A stretch of DNA of 64,000 bases from Gammaproteobacteria bacterium (GTDB lineage: Bacteria > Pseudomonadota > Gammaproteobacteria > Ga0077536): contig JAURHQ010000002.1 in NCBI GenBank assembly GCA_030833185.1, positions 4,870 to 68,869 on the forward strand. The letters run 5' to 3'. A program made the position numbers and the translations under genes. This document shows, piece by piece, positions 59,418 to 64,000 of the stretch. The stretch's first letter is position 1, and every line of letters begins with the position of its first letter. The notes below the pieces were generated by a model, which searched no databases, was not told the origin of the DNA, and worked only from the letters and a program-made list of their open reading frames with translations.

Positions 59418-60824
59418 ATGAAGTTTTGCTACCCAAGATTTCGCGCCGCTGCTCACAGGCTGGCGTTCCTCGCGATGAGTATCGCGCTGATCAGCGTGGT
59501 TACGCCCAAGGCGAGAGCGGATCTGCCGCGCGCAGTCGAGGGGATTCCCGTCCCCAGCCTTGCGCCGATGCTGGAAAAGGTTACGCCGGCGGTGGTGAAT
59601 ATCTCGACCGAGGGACACGTCGAGCTAAAGTCCAACCCGCTGATGAATGACCCCTTCTTCCGGCGCTTTTTCAACGTGCCGGACGCGCCACGCGAACGGA
59701 AGACGCAAAGCCTCGGTTCGGGTGTCATCGTGGACGCCGCGCGGGGCTTGGTGCTGACCAACAATCACGTGATCGCCAACGCCGACCAGATCAGCGTGCG
59801 GCTGACAGACGGCCGTCGCTTTTCGGCAAAACTCGTGGGCAGCGACCCGGAAACCGACGTGGCCGTTATCCAGATCAAGGCGAGCGGACTTATCGGTCTG
59901 CCGCTGGCCGATTCCGATCGCCTGCGGGTTGGGGACTTTGTGGTGGCGATCGGCAACCCCTTCGGCTTGGGCCAGACGGTGACCTCCGGCATCGTGAGCG
60001 CGCTGGCCCGCAGCGGCCTCGGCATTACCGGCTATGAAGACCTGATTCAGACCGATGCCTCCATTAATCCGGGCAATTCGGGCGGCGCGCTGGTCAATTT
60101 GCGCGGCGAACTGGTGGGGATCAACACCGCGATTTACTCGCAGAGCGGCGGCAATATCGGCATCGGCTTCGCCATTCCCATGAACATGGCCGAGCAGGTG
60201 ATGGAACAGTTGGTCAAGTACGGGGAGATCAGTCGCGGCTATCTTGGCGCTGAAATGCAGAACCTCGACCCGGACCTCGCCGCGGCCTTCGGGCTGGAGG
60301 GCCAGAGCGGCGCGGTGCTGGTAAATATTCTGGCCGACTCACCGGCCGAGCAAGCAGGCTTGCGCGCGGGCGATGTGGTCACGGCGGTGAATGGCCGACG
60401 GGTTCGGGATGCGGCGGATTTGCGGAACCACATCGGACTGATGCGGGTCGGCGACCCGGTTGAACTAAACATCCTGCGCGACAGCAAGCCGCTGAGCGTG
60501 CGCGCCCGCGTTGGCTCGCGCGAACCCGCCGCTGCTGGCGCATCCGGCGGCGTGCGTAATCCGCGATTGGCGGGTGTCAGCGTGGCCGATCTGGATGAGG
60601 ATTCGCCGGCCTTCGGACGTATTAATGGCGTGGTCGTCACCCGGGTGGCAAGCGGCACGCCAGCCTTTAAGGCCGGACTGCGCGCCGGCGACATCATTCT
60701 GTCGGTCAATCGCGAAGAAGTGCTCGACGTGCAGAGCTTTGTGGCCATGGTTGGCCGCAACAAGGGCCAACTGCTGCTGGGTGTCATGCGCGGCAATCGG
60801 ACCGCGATGATGGTGATTAAATAA
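59418..60824 (+). CDS. degP: periplasmic serine endoprotease, DegP/DegQ (HtrA) family with two PDZ domains
   Basis: Signal peptide. Catalytic contexts 'TNNHVI', 'DVAVIQI', 'GNSGGALVNLRGELVGINTAI'. Two PDZ-like C-terminal repeats. Confidence 0.92.
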   Translation: MKFCYPRFRAAAHRLAFLAMSIALISVVTPKARADLPRAVEGIPVPSLAPMLEKVTPAVVNISTEGHVELKSNPLMNDPFFRRFFNVPDAPRERKTQSLGSGVIVDAARGLVLTNNHVIANADQISVRLTDGRRFSAKLVGSDPETDVAVIQIKASGLIGLPLADSDRLRVGDFVVAIGNPFGLGQTVTSGIVSALARSGLGITGYEDLIQTDASINPGNSGGALVNLRGELVGINTAIYSQSGGNIGIGFAIPMNMAEQVMEQLVKYGEISRGYLGAEMQNLDPDLAAAFGLEGQSGAVLVNILADSPAEQAGLRAGDVVTAVNGRRVRDAADLRNHIGLMRVGDPVELNILRDSKPLSVRARVGSREPAAAGASGGVRNPRLAGVSVADLDEDSPAFGRINGVVVTRVASGTPAFKAGLRAGDIILSVNREEVLDVQSFVAMVGRNKGQLLLGVMRGNRTAMMVIK

Positions 60825-60827
60825 GGT

Positions 60828-61646
60828 TTAGTGGTCCGATGCTGCGGTGCTGTACGTAAGGAGCGCGCGCAATACCGCGAGGTTCACGCAGGTCTCGCTG
60901 CCCAGACTCCCCAGGCTGACGCGCGGCGGTAACGTTGGTTCGCCGAGTCCCTCGACCACCAGCGCGGCGCCGGGGAAGCGATCCTCCTGCGTATAGCGAT
61001 GCGTGGTGATCACCGTGCACAGCCCGGCAGCACGGGCAGCAAGTAGTCCGTTCAGGGTGTCTTCCACCGCGATGCAGGCGGTCGCGTCGAGCCCAAGTCC
61101 GCGTAGCACTGCCTGATACACGGCCGGAGACGGCTTCTTTTCGACAGTGGTGTCGTTGCTTTCAACCACCTCAAACCAGCCTCGCCAGCCCGGGGTGAGA
61201 TTCAGGTCAAGCAGGGTTTCGAGGTTGCTCCGCGCACTGCTGGTGGCGATTGCCAGCCGAATGCCCTGGTCCCGCGCCTCGCTCAGCAGGCGCGCAACGC
61301 CCGGTCGCAGGGGTACGCGCCCCGCTTCAAGCAGCGCCGCGTAGCGGGCCGTCTTTAGCCGATGGATTGCGGCAATATCGGTCGAGCTCAAGCCCTTGCC
61401 CTGCCTGGTCGGGGGATGCTCGGCCGCATAGCGCGTGATGCGTTCCCGCCCGCCCGAAATAGCCAGCAGGCTGCGATATTCGGCGGGGCTCCAGCACCAG
61501 CCTAGCCCCTGCGCCTCAAAAGTGGCGTTAAACGCCTGCCGATGGATTTCTTCGGTATCCGCGAGCGTCCCATCAACATCGAAGATAAGCGCCTGCAGCT
61601 GGCTGCCTGAGGGTGCCGTCTGTGGCTGGGGCGAGCGCGCTCTCAT
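60828..61646 (-). CDS. HAD-IA family hydrolase, CbbY-like
   Basis: 'ALIFDVDGTLADTEEIHRQAFNATF' and 'LLAISGGRERI' resemble CbbY-type phosphatases. HAD motif I is DVDGT. Confidence 0.7.
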   Translation of the reverse strand: MRARSPQPQTAPSGSQLQALIFDVDGTLADTEEIHRQAFNATFEAQGLGWCWSPAEYRSLLAISGGRERITRYAAEHPPTRQGKGLSSTDIAAIHRLKTARYAALLEAGRVPLRPGVARLLSEARDQGIRLAIATSSARSNLETLLDLNLTPGWRGWFEVVESNDTTVEKKPSPAVYQAVLRGLGLDATACIAVEDTLNGLLAARAAGLCTVITTHRYTQEDRFPGAALVVEGLGEPTLPPRVSLGSLGSETCVNLAVLRALLTYSTAASDH

Positions 61647-61831
61647 CTGGTTAATCCGCGCCGGACGGACCGCAGTTGTCCCGCAGGTCGAACGCTCCGG
61701 GCGAGAAGTGCCGGGCTGAATTTGGTGACGCGTCGGGGAAAATGCTGCATGTATCTTTGCCTTGATGTGAAATCATAGCCCTGCGGTTCGTCGCGCGTCG
61801 AACCGGGCGCTTTTCGCACGGAGCAGTCCTT

Positions 61832-62914
61832 ATGAGCCGGTCTTTCCCTCCCAAGGGTCGAGGCGCCCTGTCGCAGCCGGACCCCCGCTATCTGGAGACG
61901 GTGCGGGAAGGTGTTGACGATGGATGGCCCGAGGGCGTCGAGCCGGCGCCGCCCTTGCGGACAACGCTGACCTGGGAACACCCACGCGCCATCATCAACA
62001 CCAACCGGTCGCCCGATATACCCTTCGAGCAGTCGATCAACCCCTACCGCGGTTGTGAGCATGGCTGCATCTACTGTTACGCGCGTCCGGCGCACGCTTA
62101 CGTCGATCTTTCGCCCGGGCTCGACTTCGAGAGTCGGCTGTTTGCGAAGGCGGGCGCCGCAGCCCGCTTACGCGAGCAACTGGCCGCGCCGGCTTATCGC
62201 TGCAGCCCGATTGCGCTGGGCGGTAATACCGATGCCTATCAGCCGCTTGAACGGCGACTGCGCGTGACCCGCGAGATCCTCGAGGTACTGGCGGAGACCA
62301 AACACCCGGTGACGATCGTGACCAAATCGGCATTGGTCGAGCGGGATCTGGACCTGTTGGCCCCCATGGCGAAGCGCGGTCTGGTGCAGGTCTATCTGTC
62401 GGTTACAACGCTGGATGCCGGGCTCGCGCGCCGCATGGAGCCGCGGGCTGCGGCGCCCCGGCGACGCCTTAAAACCATCCAGACCCTGTCTGAGGCGGGC
62501 GTGCCTACGGGCGTCATGTTCGCGCCGGTCATTCCAGCGATTAACGACCACGAAATGGAAGCCGTGCTGGCCGCCGCTGCCGAGCACGGGGCCGTCTACG
62601 CGGGCTATGTCCTGTTACGCCTCCCGCGCGAGGTAGAGCCCTTGTTTTGCGAATGGCTGGAGAACCACTTTCCGCTGCGCGCGCCGCGCGTGCTGTCGCT
62701 GTTGCGGGATTTGCGCGCCGGCAAGACCAGCGACGCGGCGTTCGGCACGCGGCTGACCGGCACTGGCGCGCTGGCGCAGTTGATCAAGGCGCGGTTCCAG
62801 CGGGCATCCCGGGAGCAAGGACTCAATCGGAGCGACCATCGCCTGATCACCCAGTTGTTCGAGCCGCCCAAACTCGGCCCGCAACTCGATTTGTTCGCCC
62901 AGGCCGAGGATTAG
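61832..62914 (+). CDS. radical SAM protein, PA0069 / SplB-like (COG1533) family
   Basis: 'KGRGALSQPDPRY' N-terminus and 'YRGCEHGCIYCYARP' (CxxxCxxC cluster motif). Confidence 0.85.
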   Translation: MSRSFPPKGRGALSQPDPRYLETVREGVDDGWPEGVEPAPPLRTTLTWEHPRAIINTNRSPDIPFEQSINPYRGCEHGCIYCYARPAHAYVDLSPGLDFESRLFAKAGAAARLREQLAAPAYRCSPIALGGNTDAYQPLERRLRVTREILEVLAETKHPVTIVTKSALVERDLDLLAPMAKRGLVQVYLSVTTLDAGLARRMEPRAAAPRRRLKTIQTLSEAGVPTGVMFAPVIPAINDHEMEAVLAAAAEHGAVYAGYVLLRLPREVEPLFCEWLENHFPLRAPRVLSLLRDLRAGKTSDAAFGTRLTGTGALAQLIKARFQRASREQGLNRSDHRLITQLFEPPKLGPQLDLFAQAED

Positions 62915-64000
62915 CCAGCCTGCGTGTGCGTCAGACGGACGACCACAATGGTCTGGTCATCGTGCGCCGCGCCACCGCCCATGAAGTCATCGACCGCGCC
63001 AAGCACGCTGCTGGCAATGCTGTCTGCGGACCCTGCGCCAACCGTACAAAAGAGTTCGCTTAGCCGCTGACGTCCGAATGCGTCCCCTGCCGGGTTGCGG
63101 GTTTCGCACAGGCCGTCGGTGACGAGTAGCAAGGCGTCGCCGGGCTGATAGGGCGCTTCTGCAAATCCCTTGAACTGCCAGTCGGCATCGACGCCCAACG
63201 GAATGTCCTCGCCATTCAGGAGCGTGACTTCGCCGGTTTCGGCATGCCACCACAGCGCGGGCTCATGCCCGGCGCTGGCCCAGACCAGTTGCTGCCGGTC
63301 TACATCGACGAGCAGATACAACAAGGTCATGAAATGCCCGGGCCTGACATCGGCCGAGAGTTGTAGATTGAGCTGCTGCAGGATCTGCGCAGGCGGCACC
63401 CCGGCGGCCAGCAGGCCGTGCAGCAGCGCGCGCGCCGTGGTCATCAGCAGGGCGGCTGGAACCCCGTGGCCAGCCACATCGCCAATGGCCACGCCCAGCA
63501 TCTGTCGGCCGAGGGGGCGGCCGTCGAGATAGTCAAAATAATCGCCGCCGGTTTGTTCGCAGTAGCGGGATAGCCCGGCGACTTCCACACCGGGGAATGC
63601 GGGGGCGTTAGCGGGCAACATCCGCTGCTGAACTTCCCTTGCCAGCAGCATCGATTGTTGCAATCTCGCTTCCTCGGCAAGTTGCGGGATCATGCGGTTG
63701 AACGTGTGACCCAGACCTTCCAGTTCGTCGCCGGTATCAATGCGGACCCGGGCCGCGAAGTCGCCGCCTGCTACGGCCTCCATCACGCGTTTGAGTTGCG
63801 ATACAGGTTGGGTGACGCTCCGCGCCGCATAGGCGGCGACCAGCGCGACCACCAGCCCGGCGGTGAGGATCATGGGGATAACGGCATCGCCCTGACGGCG
63901 CGCGCTCGCCAGCGCGTAGTTGGCCGCTGCCCGCGCGGTGCTTGTCGCCGCGTTGGCAGGCGCCAGCCACAGCACATGGCCCAGCGACGAAGGCAGCGGA
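62911..64000 (-). CDS. HAMP-domain SpoIIE/PP2C-family protein phosphatase (5' end outside the window)
   Basis: HAMP 'SVTQPVSQLKRVMEAVAGGDFAARVRIDTGDELEGLGHTFNRM'. PP2C 'GGDYFDY', 'AIGDVAGHGVPAALLM', 'LLLVTDGL'. The frame stays open upstream of the GTG at 63975 to the window edge. Confidence 0.85.
   Translation of the reverse strand, partial: PLPSSLGHVLWLAPANAATSTARAAANYALASARRQGDAVIPMILTAGLVVALVAAYAARSVTQPVSQLKRVMEAVAGGDFAARVRIDTGDELEGLGHTFNRMIPQLAEEARLQQSMLLAREVQQRMLPANAPAFPGVEVAGLSRYCEQTGGDYFDYLDGRPLGRQMLGVAIGDVAGHGVPAALLMTTARALLHGLLAAGVPPAQILQQLNLQLSADVRPGHFMTLLYLLVDVDRQQLVWASAGHEPALWWHAETGEVTLLNGEDIPLGVDADWQFKGFAEAPYQPGDALLLVTDGLCETRNPAGDAFGRQRLSELFCTVGAGSADSIASSVLGAVDDFMGGGAAHDDQTIVVVRLTHTQAG

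Overview
This is a densely coding, visibly GC-rich window (GC not computed) that looks like a gammaproteobacterial chromosome. I saw no rRNA, CRISPR array, transposase or integrase. About 55 CDS and one tRNA (tRNA-Gln, CTG) are supported. All family calls rest on motifs read from the translations and on remembered family signatures; no search was run.

Layout:
- 0-38 kb is core housekeeping. It holds smr, purL, purB, rnt, mtaD/mtnA and the block gyrA-pheA-tyrA-aroA-cmk-rpsA-ihfB-lapA-lapB-pyrF-mfd. It continues with csiV-like, an MTAP-family phosphorylase, a COG2607 ATPase, class I cyaA, glyA and nrdR-ribD-ribE-ribB(X)-ribH-nusB-thiL.
- 38.3-57.6 kb looks accessory. It holds a secreted fused SoxY-SoxZ-like carrier, an HpcH-type aldolase and a rearranged double amidoligase/transglutaminase/Anbu locus. 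It also holds a benzoyl-CoA epoxidase (box) cluster with boxR, boxC, boxB, a flavodoxin and benzoate-CoA ligase, but no boxA in the window.
- 57.6-64 kb returns to core genes: tRNA-Gln, rpsI-rplM, coq7, degP-like, a CbbY-like HAD hydrolase, a PA0069-type radical SAM protein and a partial HAMP-PP2C phosphatase.

The most unusual signal is a full-length homologue of the archaeal F420-dependent methylene-H4MPT dehydrogenase (Mtd). It sits 6 nt upstream of the proteasome-like Anbu gene, inside a non-canonical Anbu/ATP-grasp/alpha-E/transglutaminase super-locus. No other H4MPT or F420 genes are in view.

The many long ORFs antisense to real genes are treated as GC-driven artefacts.
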